Shown in pieces: positions 11,337 to 22,500 of a stretch of DNA of 34,622 nucleotides. The first letter of the stretch is position 1, and each line of letters starts with the position of its first letter. Origin of the DNA: Saprolegnia diclina VS20 (lineage: Eukaryota); NCBI RefSeq assembly GCF_000281045.1, contig NW_008246085.1, forward strand, positions 110,593 to 145,214, given 5' to 3'. Position numbers and translations under genes: made by a program. The notes under the pieces were generated by a model that made no database searches, had not been told where the DNA came from, and saw nothing but the letters and a program-made list of their open reading frames with translations.

Positions 11337-11552
11337 TTACTCGTCGAGCTTGGGGCGCTCGCCGATCTCTTCCTTGACGTACGTGACCGACGCGTGGTGG
11401 CCAGCGTGGCTGTTGCCGCTGCCCGTGACCGCGCCGATGGCGAGGTAGGCGCTGAAGATACCGACGGCAATGACAAAGCCCGGAAGCGGCTTCTTGGTGC
11501 AGTTGGAGAGGAACGGGTGCTTCCGCCACGCGTCTTGGTGAGCTAAGACCAT
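11337..11552 (-). CDS. NDUFB3: NADH:ubiquinone oxidoreductase subunit B12 (NDUFB3-like)
   Basis: 71 aa: DAWRKHPFL...PLPGFVIAVGIFSAYL, with a single TM segment and His-rich tail, the pattern of plant/protist B12 subunits. Confidence 0.8.
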   Translation of the reverse strand: MVLAHQDAWRKHPFLSNCTKKPLPGFVIAVGIFSAYLAIGAVTGSGNSHAGHHASVTYVKEEIGERPKLDE

Positions 11553-12156
11553 CGTCAAGTGCGAACCGCTTGTTGGAGTATTCCGCAACCACTCGCCCAA
11601 AGTGACTGGAAAACCGCACTTAACATTCCACCTACAAATTGCATGATGCTTCGGTAGGTGCGATACATTGCAAATAGTATGTTGCGGTAAAAGGTGTTAA
11701 ATAGTGTGTTTGCGTTGACCACATGCCAGCGCGTTGCCCATGCAGCTAGAGTAGCCGACACGTGGGCTTTGCTATGTGGGGCACATAAATTGCATTGCAT
11801 TGGTGCTGGTGGCGCAGTTGGCCGATCGTCCAGGTGCGGACGGTGCCATTGACGGCAACGGCAACAAGTACTAATAGCGTTTCTAACTTTGAACCAGAGC
11901 TCCATTGCTCGCTGGCCGTCGCCGCTACAGGGATACGTGTCGTACGCCCTTGGCTTGCTGAAACGTGAATGCAAGGGCGTTGATATGGCCAGGCCCTCAT
12001 GGCCATGATGAGTTCCCGACGAGAATGGATCCGCGGACCGGAAATGGTGTTTGACTTGGCAAGTCTTCGCCAAAGTTCGATGACACTAAATACGGCTCAT
12101 GGGCCAATAGTGTGGGTAGATTTGCTATCCGTTTGTGCACGTCAACACTCTGGAAG

Positions 12157-13539
12157 ATGTTGGACCAGCTCACTTGCGCCAGGAAGTCGCTCTGTCGCTG
12201 GGCCGGCAACCACAAGACGCTGCTCGTCAGCACGGGCGTCGTCGTTGCCTGCGGCGCGGGGGCCTACTACGGCGTCAAGCGCGTGATCCGCGAGGCCGAG
12301 ACCATGATGCTCGACTCGCAACGCGAGCTCGTGGCTCACCAGCGCCTGCAGATGCACCTTGGCCGGTCCCAAGAAGAGATCAAGGCGGCCTTCCTGCGCT
12401 TCGTGCCATCGCTAAAGACGCGTCTCTACAAGCTCTTGGACCTCGAAGGTATCGTCGCCAACCTCAAGGTGCTCGACAAGTCGGAGCGCGAGATGCGCGA
12501 CTCGATGTGGGAAGACGCCAAGCTCCTAGGTACAGCATCATGCTTCGAGACTCTCGACCCACGACTGCGCTAGGTTTTGGCCGTCTCTTTGCCGGCCTCC
12601 ACGCCTTTTGCCAGCTGCACCTGCTTGTGCACTGCGAACTGCTCATCCTCGGCCGCGAGACCTTTCACAAGCACAAGGGCGAGGTGACGATGGCCATGGC
12701 GATTCCATCCTCTCACAATACGTAGGACGACACGAGCGGCGCGTCCGTTGATGTGCAGCAGCAGTTCCTCTCGTCGACCCTCGAGTACTTTTTCGAAACG
12801 GGGTTGCCCAAGCTCACGGCCGAGATCGAGTCGCGTCTCGGCAACCATCCGACGCTACAGACGTACAGCAAAATCGCTCTCTTCGACGCTCCTCACCACT
12901 ACTCTATCTCGCAGGTGGCGTGTCAAGGAGAAGGCCCAAGTCGACAAGGCGGACCTCGACCACTTGCTTCGGGAGCTGCATGCCACGTGCCTTCCGAGCT
13001 CGGCCAACGACCACGTGCTCTGGCACTCGTTCCTCATCTGTACGCGTCCACTGCATTCGATCGCCGTCGTGTGACGTATGCATGGTAGACCCGGACGATG
13101 TGCCGGAGGCCCACCCCGCAGGCGTGCTCCCGCTCTTGAACGAGCTATGGGACATTCTGGAGACTCCTTTCTTCAAGGATGCATTGCGGGCGTCCATCGA
13201 CTGTCTCTTCGAGCTCCTTGCCACTGACATCGTCGCGGCGCTCTACCCGCACGAGGCGGGGCCTATCACGGAGATGAGCGCGATCCAGCGGCCGCCGCTT
13301 GCCAAGGTCATTCCGCAGCTCAAGGTTGAAGTCGGCCGCCTCTATGTGGCGACAGCCAAGCAATCGACACTGCTTCAGCACTGGGAGACGCTCTCGGGCC
13401 TCGAGACGCTCCAGTGCCTCAGCGAGTCCATTTTTGTGCAGGAGGCTGACGATGCGGCGTCACGCCCCGAGTCCTCGTGGTACCGTTCGCATAGCATCGT
13501 TTCTTTTCTCATGCAAAGCGAACTAGGGGCTGGATCTAA
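12157..13539 (+). CDS. PEX3: Peroxisomal biogenesis factor 3
   Basis: N-terminal basic + TM segment (NHKTLLVSTGVVVACGAGAYYG), then LDLEGIVANLK, MWEDAKLLGFGR, LILGRETF, QQQFLSSTLEYF, LLNELWDILETPFF and PLAKVIPQL. Several short introns; the last (13480-13526) gives ...SSWGWI* ending at 13539. Confidence 0.85.
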
Positions 13540-13568
13540 GCGAACACGATTTGTATCAACTTGATAGT

Positions 13569-15926
13569 TTACTGCATCAAGCTCAGCCGGTACATTTGCG
13601 TCTGGAGCTCGACTTGGCTCAAGAGGTCCGCGACCTCGCCGCTCGACGTGTGCGACGCGAGGCGCTTGATCAGCGAGTCCCACGCTGTCGCCTTTGTCGA
13701 GACAAACGCGGCGAGCGTCTTCTTGAAAAAGCTGGCTTCGACATGGAGCTGCGTGCGCTGCCACTGGGCCTCGTCGCTGGATGCGCAACGGGTGGCGTCC
13801 TCGGCGCGGCCCGCGAGAAAGTGCTGGAGCGTGTCGGCGCACTGGGAGAGGAGACTGTGCACGTGGCGCTCCGTGTCCGAGCGGATGCAGAATTCGACGT
13901 GACTGCGCCACGACACGAGGTAATAGAGCACTGAGAAGACGTACGGGCGCACTTCGGTGCGACTCCCGGGTACATAAAAGCTCTCTTCGTCGTCGAGGGT
14001 CGCACACAGTAGCGCGACCCGGCTGTCGTGGAAGCGCTTGCCACACTCGAGGATCGTACTCGATAGCGAGAGGCTGCGGACGTCGACCTTGGTGTCCTGC
14101 AGTGCGTTCAGAAACGCAAGAAACCCAGCGCGACGCGGCACCGCAAGGCAGTTGGCGACGACCACGAGGCTCGCGAGCGACGTTGGCGCGTCATCGACCA
14201 AGACATCCGCGCTCAGAAGCGTCCCAAAGAGCGACAGCAGCGTCTGTCCGTGGGCGACGACGCTTTGCAGCAGCGTGGCACAGAACGCAGCGTGCATCGC
14301 GTCATCAAGCGCGAGGTTGGTTTCAAGCGCTTGCGTCAGCACGGGCTGCAGCGTGCACCACCACTCGAAGAGCTACGACACCACACAAGATGGCACCTCC
14401 GACTTTCGTATCGACGCGTTCTACCGTGTTGTCAAACACACCGGCGGCGGCTTCCAGTACGTCGGGGCGGTCGTTCTGCGCTGCATATTGTATCGAGTCG
14501 TGCAATGCCGCTGCCGCGGCCGCCCACGCCGCGCCATGCATCTCGACAGACGTGCTCCAGCGCGACTCGGCGGCGTGCGTCACTGCGGTAAAGAAGGCGA
14601 GAAGGACGTCCGAGCGGACTTGGCCGCAGAACGCAGCCTTGAGCGCGTCGAGCTTGGCAGTAAGGACCGAGTCGGGGCACGGCCCAAGACTGTCGAGGTC
14701 CAAAGAGATTGTGTGCAAGGAGGCCACCATCTCGGCCGAGACGTTGGTCGTGTAGAGCGTTTGCTCGCGCAAGTGCCGCACACACGTCGCGAGGACGTCG
14801 GCCGCCGACGTGTGCAGTGCTTCTTGCTCGGTGGCGCACAGGGTCGAGAGGGCCATCGTGTCGCAGAGAATGGGCCAGAGACCTCGCTCGAAGCGACGCA
14901 AGAGGCGCCCGCAGTCGGCGATGATCTCGGCGCTCGAGCGGGCGACGACGGCGGCGGGCGCCGACCGCGTGTCCTTGGGCTTGATACTGCGCGTTTTCGA
15001 GTCGATGGGTACCACGGGGCCGCTGAGACTGGTGAGGATGCGCTCCATGTCAGCAAGCTGCGTCTTGACGCATAAGAGACTGGGTTTGGGCGTGATCCCG
15101 AAGGCGTCGACGACGTAAATCGCTTGTTTCTAGAGTGCAAGTTGTCGTATGCTTGGGCACGAAAGTGCACAACGTACTTGGTCGGCGTAGACAGCGTCCG
15201 GGTCGCGAAGGACGTGGAGAAGCTCGTCGTTGGCCGTCGTCGCCGTCTTGGTCGCAGATTCGAGGACAGGCTTGAGAAGCGACATGTTGGCTTTTCCAGC
15301 ATGCGCCTTCAAGTGGACGTAATCTTCGACAAGCTATGAGACCCGCATGAGAATAAGAGAGAGAGGAAGGTTGTGCCTTGACGTAGTCCTTCTTGGCCAA
15401 ACTCGCACGCATGCGAGCAGGGATCTCAAAGAACGACCGATACCGAGCGAGGACGGCGAGCGCGTGGCGCGTCTTGCGCTGCTCTTCGCAGCGTTGCAGC
15501 ATCAACGAGAGCGTTTTGTCGGCAGTTGATTTGAGGCTTCGAAATGCAGTCGTGAGGCGCTCGCTGTCGGACTCGTGGGCTCGAATCTCATCGGAGACCT
15601 GCAAGGCAAGGTCGAGCCGGAGCAGGCGATGCGCATTCTACCTCGCGAATCGCTTCGTGGCAGGAAAGGTATTGGTCGAAATGCGAAGCCACGAGAGCTT
15701 TGAGTTGCTCAGTCTTGTCAGAAGTGGACCGCTTGAGCGTCTCGAGCTCGGCGACGAGACCCGCATACTTGGTATCCTACGCACAGGCGTCGCGAAGGCG
15801 TCACGACGCTGCGCGTACCGCGTGCTTGGCAGCCAAGTAGGCGGTTGCATTGAATTCGACCGAGTTCATATCGAGCTTCGGGTCGATGGTCTCCTTGAGG
15901 AAGTCATCGTCGTCGGAAGGTAGCAT
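13569..15926 (-). CDS. SEC5: Exocyst complex component Sec5/EXOC2
   Basis: Spliced N-terminal half: SVEFNATAYLAAKH, EQLKALVASHFDQYLSCHEAI, LAVLARYRSFFEIPARMRASLAKKDYVKLVEDY, matching Sec5 family motifs. About 5 short introns. Confidence 0.85.
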
Positions 15927-15983
15927 TGGTCGGTCGCGTGCGGCAGCCAAAGATTTTGATGAAACTGCCCGATCTGCACTTTG

Positions 15984-16339
15984 ATTGGTCATTATTGTAT
16001 ATTTCAACCAATCCCGTGCTCGCAATCTTTGGCCCCGTTCAAGCATGTTTAGCCTTGGCAAGGACCTTCACGGCCGAGAGAGCATTCGCACCTCGTCCCT
16101 GTCGTGGACCGTGTTCGACGATGTCGTGCCAGTGCTGGAGGGCGCTGTGCATCTTGACTCTCACCGCTTCATTGACGGTGATTGGCTGTTATCAGCATTT
16201 CGAGCTCGCTGATTGGTGCCAGTGGCTCTTTTTAACCAATCGTGCGCCATACAGCTCTTCACAAGAAATTTCCATCGTGGTATACAAAATCCAAGTCGTC
16301 CCGAGATTGTGGCAGCCACTTGTTTGGTCAATCCATTGG
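15984..16339. promoter_or_regulatory. CCAAT-box-rich bidirectional promoter region between SEC5 and FARSA
   Basis: CCAAT/ATTGG at 15984, 16008, 16181, 16212, 16236 and 16335 within a 428-bp divergent intergenic region. Confidence 0.5.
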
Positions 16340-16354
16340 CGAATTACGGCAACA

Positions 16355-18163
16355 ATGGACCACGAGAAGCTCGCCGCGGAGAAGCAACTGCTCGCGTACC
16401 TGCATGCGCACACGACCGTCGCGGATACCTACCCGTACGCGCTGTCGCTCGGCCTCGACCACGCCCTTGTCGTCGGCGTCGTCAAGAGTCTCCTCGTCGA
16501 CGCCTTTGTGACGGCGTCCGAAGTCTCGACCTCGTTCTACGTCCTGAGCGAGGAGGCGCTTGCCATCATGCAGAACGGGTCGCCGGAATTCCAGGTCTTC
16601 AGCGCCATTGATGCCGATGGCATCAGCAAGGCGGACCTCGAGGCCATCGTTGGCGCGGCCACGTTCAAGGTTGGCCAAGGTGCCTGCATGAAGAACAAGT
16701 GGATCCGCATGGACAAGGCCACGGGCATGATCTACCGCAACGTACGTCAATGCATTCTGTGAGGCATCTGGCTCATGCACACGGCGTAGGTGGAAAGCGT
16801 CACGGACGACGTTGTGACGCTCTTGAAGAACGTCGAGGCCGTCAGCGGCGACGTCGCGCGCGTCGCCAAGGCGGACGCCGACAACCTCAAGCGCCGCAAG
16901 CTCCTCACCCTCCAGTACGACGCTTGCGCTCTCTAGATCATAGGCTCACGCACGCGTCATAGGGTTCGCAAGTCGTGGACCGTCGGCAAGGGCCCCAACT
17001 TTGCTCTCGAGCGCAAGCGCCAGGCGGCCGGCCTCAACAAGGACATGCTCGACAGGTACAGACAATGCCGATAGCTTGTACATCGTCTCATGCAACACGC
17101 GTAGCGAGGCGTGGAAGACGGAGACGTTCAAGCCGTACAACTTCAACACGATGGGCATGTCCGTCGGCGGTGGCCACCTGCACCCGCTCATGAAGGTCCG
17201 CGCCGAGTTCCGCCGCGTCCTCATGGACATGGGGTACGCTTCTAACTCCATGCGCCTCCGTACTCATGACCTCGGTAGCTTCCAGGAGATGCCGACGAGC
17301 CGCTTTGTCGAAAGCAGCTTTTGGAACTTTGACTCGCTCTTCCAGCCGCAGTCGCACCCTGCGCGCGACGCCCACGACACGTTCTTCCTCACGACGCCCG
17401 CGAGCGCCAACTCGGTGCCCGAAGACTACTACGAGCGCGTCCGCGACATGCACGAGAACGGCGGGCACGGCTCGATCGGGTTTGCCTCACTATCCCGCCT
17501 TGGTGTATCTCACCGAGTGCTAGTCATGGCCGCGGTGCGTTCACCCGCGAAGAGTCCTTCAAGAACATCCTGCGCACGCACACGACGGCCATTTCGGCGC
17601 AGATGCTCTACAAGCTCGCCAACGTACGCTCCTCGTTTGACTTGAAACATTCTTGATATTTTTGGCTGTAGCAACCGGGTGGCTTCAAGCCGCAAAAGTA
17701 CTTTTCGATCGACCGCGTCTTCCGCAACGAAAGCATGGACGCGACGCACTTGGCCGAGTTCCACCAGGTCGAGGGTGTGGTCGCCGACTACGACCTCTCG
17801 CTCGGCGACCTCATTGGCGTCATCAGCAGCTTCTTCAAGAAGATTGGCATCACGCAGATGCGCTTCAAGCCCGCGTACAACCCGTACACGGAGCCGAGCA
17901 TGGAGATCTTTGCGTACCACCCGGACCTGAAGCGCTGGACCGAAATCGGCAACTCGGGCGTCTTCCGCCCCGAGATGCTGCGGCCGATGGGCCTCCCCGA
18001 GAACGTCCGCGTCATCGCATGGGGTCTCTCGCTCGAGCGCCCGACGATGATCAAGTACCGCCTCAACAACATCCGCGACCTCTTTGGCCACAAGGTCGAC
18101 CTCGAGCAGACGCGGTCCGCCAAGCTCTTCCGCGTCGACGAGCCGACGGAGGACGAAGCGTAA
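16355..18163 (+). CDS. FARSA: Cytosolic phenylalanine-tRNA ligase alpha subunit
   Basis: Motifs [87 protein letters not shown] and [11 protein letters not shown]. About 6 short introns. Confidence 0.97.
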
Positions 18164-18226
18164 GACGACGCCACTTGCGGGCACGTAATCTCGATCCAAG
18201 TGCTTTAGTTTTCTGCAGTTAGTTAG

Positions 18227-19526
18227 TTAGTCGCACCCCGAGAGCGCAGCACCGACGCGCCGGAATACGTCTTTGGGCACGCCACAGGCGCAGCCGGGCA
18301 CACCGCATACGAACGCGATCTCCTCGCACGTGGGTGCCGGCAGGTCGGGCAGCGTTGTCTGGCTAGATTGGCGTCGGGGTGGGGGCGGCTAGCACCATAC
18401 GCGACGAGGTGGCGCATCAAAGTCGTCGTACCTGGATATGATGGTGGTGGCGGCGACGCAGCGCGTGCAGCGTCACCTTGCGGTCTTCGATGGTCTGGCG
18501 CAGCGTCGCTATCTCGCTCTGGACGACGGTGCAGCGAGCTTGTGCGGCGCGCGCGTCGCGGAGCTCGGCTTCGAGGTCGTCGAGCTCGGCTTGCAGGAGC
18601 GCGGTTGCATTCCGCTCAATGCCGAGGCACGTTGTTGTCGTCGTCTGCACTTGGCGCGCCTTGGCCGTTCGTTTGTACCGGATCGCGTCGCGGTCGCGCA
18701 CGAGGCGCTGGCGGTCGAGGACGGCGTCCAGCCGCGCATGAAGCGCCGGGTCGGCGGGGCCTTTGGCGCGGAGACCTGTGCACACGGTCCTTGCACTTGC
18801 CTCTAAGGCGGCGTACGCTTGACGCCAGCTCTCGTACGCCAAGCCGCGTGCAGCGATCGCCGTCAGCACGCTGTCGTGACACACGCGCTGCGCCCAGAGG
18901 CCGAGCGCCTGCTGGCATCGGCGCAACCGGTTCGTCTCGAGGACGCGCCCGACAATGTAGAGCCCTAGCAGTGGCTGCTCGAGAGGGCGGCGCACGCCGA
19001 GGTCGGGTGGCGGCGTCGGCGCGTCGGGCGCCCGCAATAGCTGCATCGCGCGCTGCTCGACGTACCAGCCGTAGCCCGTCGCGTTCACGTCTGGGTCGAG
19101 CGCCGTCGTGAGTTGACCGAGGCCCTCTGGGCGCCCCTCGACCCAGTGCCCCGCAAACAGGTTGCCATTCGCAAACGACCCGATGCCGTAGCCCATCGGC
19201 GTGCCGTCGCCGTCGACTTGGCCTTCGTACACGACTTCCGGGCACGTCACCACGCCAAAACTGTGGCTGCCATCGCAGTCGAGCGCGATCATGGACCGTC
19301 CGTCCGAGGACGCGACGACGCCGCAGCGACCGGCGGGCGACAGCGCGCCTTGAAACGTGCGTCCGTCGGGCGCGGTCTCGTGGAGGTAGCGCAACACGCT
19401 TCCTCGCGTTTCGCGCACGCCAATGCGGTATGCACTGTACTGGGCATGAATCGCGCTCGCCGTGGCAGGGCGGGGCCGTCGCCGCCATGCGCGCGTCTCG
19501 TCCGTGGTCCTGCTACCGTCGTCCAT
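18227..19526 (-). CDS. MORN-repeat + coiled-coil protein with Cys-rich tail
   Basis: MORN-like YEGQVDGDGTPMGYGIGSFANGNLFAGHWVEGRPEGLGQL and a long C-terminal coiled coil. An intron near 18390-18432 adds a last exon PPPPRRQ...FVCGVPGCACGVPKDVFRRVGAALSGCD* ending at 18227. Start ATG 19526 (alternative 19550). Confidence 0.75.
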
Positions 19527-19577
19527 GTAACTGGCCAACGTAACGTGCATCAAATCTTGGTCTTCCGCCGATTCAAT

Positions 19578-22500
19578 ATGCTGCTGCGCATCCGCGCCGA
19601 CGGTGGGCGCAAGCTTGCCAAGAAGACGGGCATGGCCGCGATGGTCGACGCAAAGCCCGACCCCTACCTGATCGTGCGCATCGACGGCAAGAGCACGGTA
19701 TTCCCGGTCGTCGACGATGTGGACGCGGCCGAGTTTACATGGGGCGCCGACGCCGTCCGCGATCTTCCGTGGCCAGCGACGGCCACCGAGATGGAGATCC
19801 ACGTCAAAGACAAGGATCTCATCTCGGACCACCATATTGGCGCCGCCAAGGTTCCCTTGGGGCCGATCCGCGACGCGCTCTCAGCTCCAAGCGCCAAGAT
19901 CTCGCGCAACATCGACCTCGACTTTGCCGACGAGAAGCTCAAGACCAAAAAGTTCTCGGGGCAAATCACACTGACGTTCGAACGCATTGAACCGACGCCA
20001 GCACTGACCACAGCCGCAGCTGCCGCTACCGTTCCCGACGCCAAACGCGACACAAAGGAATCGGCGCCAGAGGCGAAGCCAGCACCACCCGAGGCGACGC
20101 CCGCGGTAGCCAACACAACACCGACACCTCCCGAGGCAAAGCCTGTCGCGGCCGACGTCCAACCCACAGCGCCGAACGCTGCTACCTCGGTGGCATCCAC
20201 AGCGGCGATCTCAGCTGCCTCTGGCGCTGCTGCCTCCGAGACCCCCATAGCGACTGTCGCTCCGTTGACAGAGGCCAAAACGACAGTGGCAGCAGAGGGC
20301 TTGGCGCCTCTTCAGCCGTCCAAAGCATTGAGCCAGAAAGGAAGTTTGAAAAAGGCGGCGTCCAAGATCAACGCGCTAGCGCCTCTCTCAACACAGCCAA
20401 GCGCCAAGACCATGGCACCCGCGACAGCTGCTCCCGTCGACGCACCACCGTCATTGCCTTCCGAGAAGGTGTCGCTTGCGGCAGAAACCATAGCGTCCGG
20501 TCACCACCTCGTGCGCGTCCAGGCTGTCGGCGGTCGCAACCTCGCGCCCAAGTCGCGTCTCGAGCGTTTGGTGGACCAGTACCCGGACCCGTACATCACA
20601 CTGGTCGTGGGCAGCGACACGCGCGTATACCCCGTCGTCGACGACGTCAAAACGACCGAGTTTACGTGGGGCGCGGACGCAGTGCACGAGTTTGAGATCC
20701 CACTTGGTACGAAGAGCCTCTCCGTCGCGCTGCACGTCAAGGACAAGGACCTCGTGCTCGACCATTACATTGGCGGCACGACCTTCACGCTTGACATGGA
20801 CACGCTACTCGCTGCGAAAGCGCTCCCGGACCTCGTCTACACCCTCGAGTACGACAACCCCGCGTTCAAAACCAAATCGAAAACCACCCGTGGCGAGATT
20901 CTCCTCTCCTTCTTCCTCGTCACGGCCGTCCAGGCTACTGCCACTCCGGCGCCACTGCCCGCCGTGGGCTCGCCGCAGACGCCCGCCGTGGGCTCGCCGC
21001 AGACGCCCGCACCGGCGGATGCGCCGGCAGAGACATCCGCCAAGACACTTATCGAGACGCCTTCCGAGACGGTGGTGCATCGCCGCGCAAGCGTCGAGAG
21101 CCGCCTCTACAAAGGGTCGCTGCAAGTGATCGCTCATAGCGCAGACGGCATTCCGATCCCGCCGCGCAAGATGCTGAGTCTCGACCGCCTCGCCGACCCG
21201 TACGTGCTCTTGAAGCTTGGGGCGGCGTCGGCCGAGCTGCCGCAGGCCAAGGACGGACACGACAAGCCCAAGTGGCACAACGCGCTGCACCTCTTCGAGC
21301 ACTTTGACTCGAGTCTTGTGCCGTGGATGGACGTGCTTATCTACGACAAGAACTTGGTGTTTCAGGACAGCTACCTCGCGGGCGCGCGCTTGTTGCTCGC
21401 CGATGTCCTCGCCAACGTGACGCCCGAGCTGCCGTGTGTACTGACGCTGCCGCTAAACCTCGACAAATTGCTGCAGCCGACCGAGAAGGCGCTCGGCACA
21501 ATCACGCTTTCGCTGCTCTTCACGCCCGACGACGCCAACCACATCAACTGTACTCCCGTCTTGTAGTATCGGCGCGTCATAAGGCTGCGTAGGGACGGGT
21601 CCGTCGGTCGGGTGCATTGGCTTTTCCAACTTTGCGCTCAGCGTGACCGGCGACCTCGTGTCATCAACTATGGAGCTCGTGCTCGACATTAGCATTCGCC
21701 GACACGTGCTGGCGACGGAAGGGTTTGTGACGCAGTCGACGGACCCAGTCGCCGGCGCCGACGCCGTCGCATGGCCGACGACCGCGCTAGTTGTACCGTA
21801 CGGCCTCTACCTCCACGACGGTATTACCAAAGACAAGTGTCCCGTGGTGCTCTTCGCGGTGCGCGACCGGTCGGCGATCCTTCACGACAAGCCGATCGCG
21901 CTCGGGCACGTCCCGTTGCTCGATGTGCTGGGGCTTCACACGACCAAGCACGTCGTGCTCCTGAGCCAAAATAGCATGCGGTCCGGCCGCGCGACGCTCA
22001 GTGTCGCGGTCGCCCCCGCCAAGTCCCCACGTGGCACCAGTGCGCTCATCAATTGATCGTTCTGGCGACCTCATACATGGTGTAGGTGCCGATTTTGCGG
22101 CGACGCCCGGGCGGCTGCGCGTCATCTTGCTCGGTGCGACGCTAACGCCGAGCAAACGGCAGGGACCATACGAGGTCCGAGCTGCTATACGCAGAGTTGT
22201 CGTCTGAAGCTGTTGGATAGAAAGTACGCCTCACGCTAACAGCCCCGGCAACGACCGGCGCCGTCAGCTCGGTGCAAACCGACACGGTGGATCCGACGGC
22301 CCACGGTGCGCTGGTCGTGCTCAACAGCGTGCTCGAGCTGCAGTACCTCGCGTCGCACGTTGCCAACGCGGCCGAGTTTGCGCCGACGTTATCGCTCTTC
22401 ACGCACAGCAGCAAGCTGCTGTGCTCCCTGCCGCTTCCGGTGCTCTCACTGCTCCAGCAACACGAACATGGAGAATTTACGCTCGAGCTCCAACACGGTA

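Noticed and set aside
15926..16354. Long upstream in-frame extension of FARSA
   Set aside because: Non-ATG start and promoter-like composition; family similarity begins at MDHEK (16355).
19113..19835. Mutually overlapping N-terminal extensions of the MORN and C2 ORFs
   Set aside because: Each extension is antisense to the partner's coding sequence and lacks domain features; the first C2 strand starts exactly at ATG 19578.
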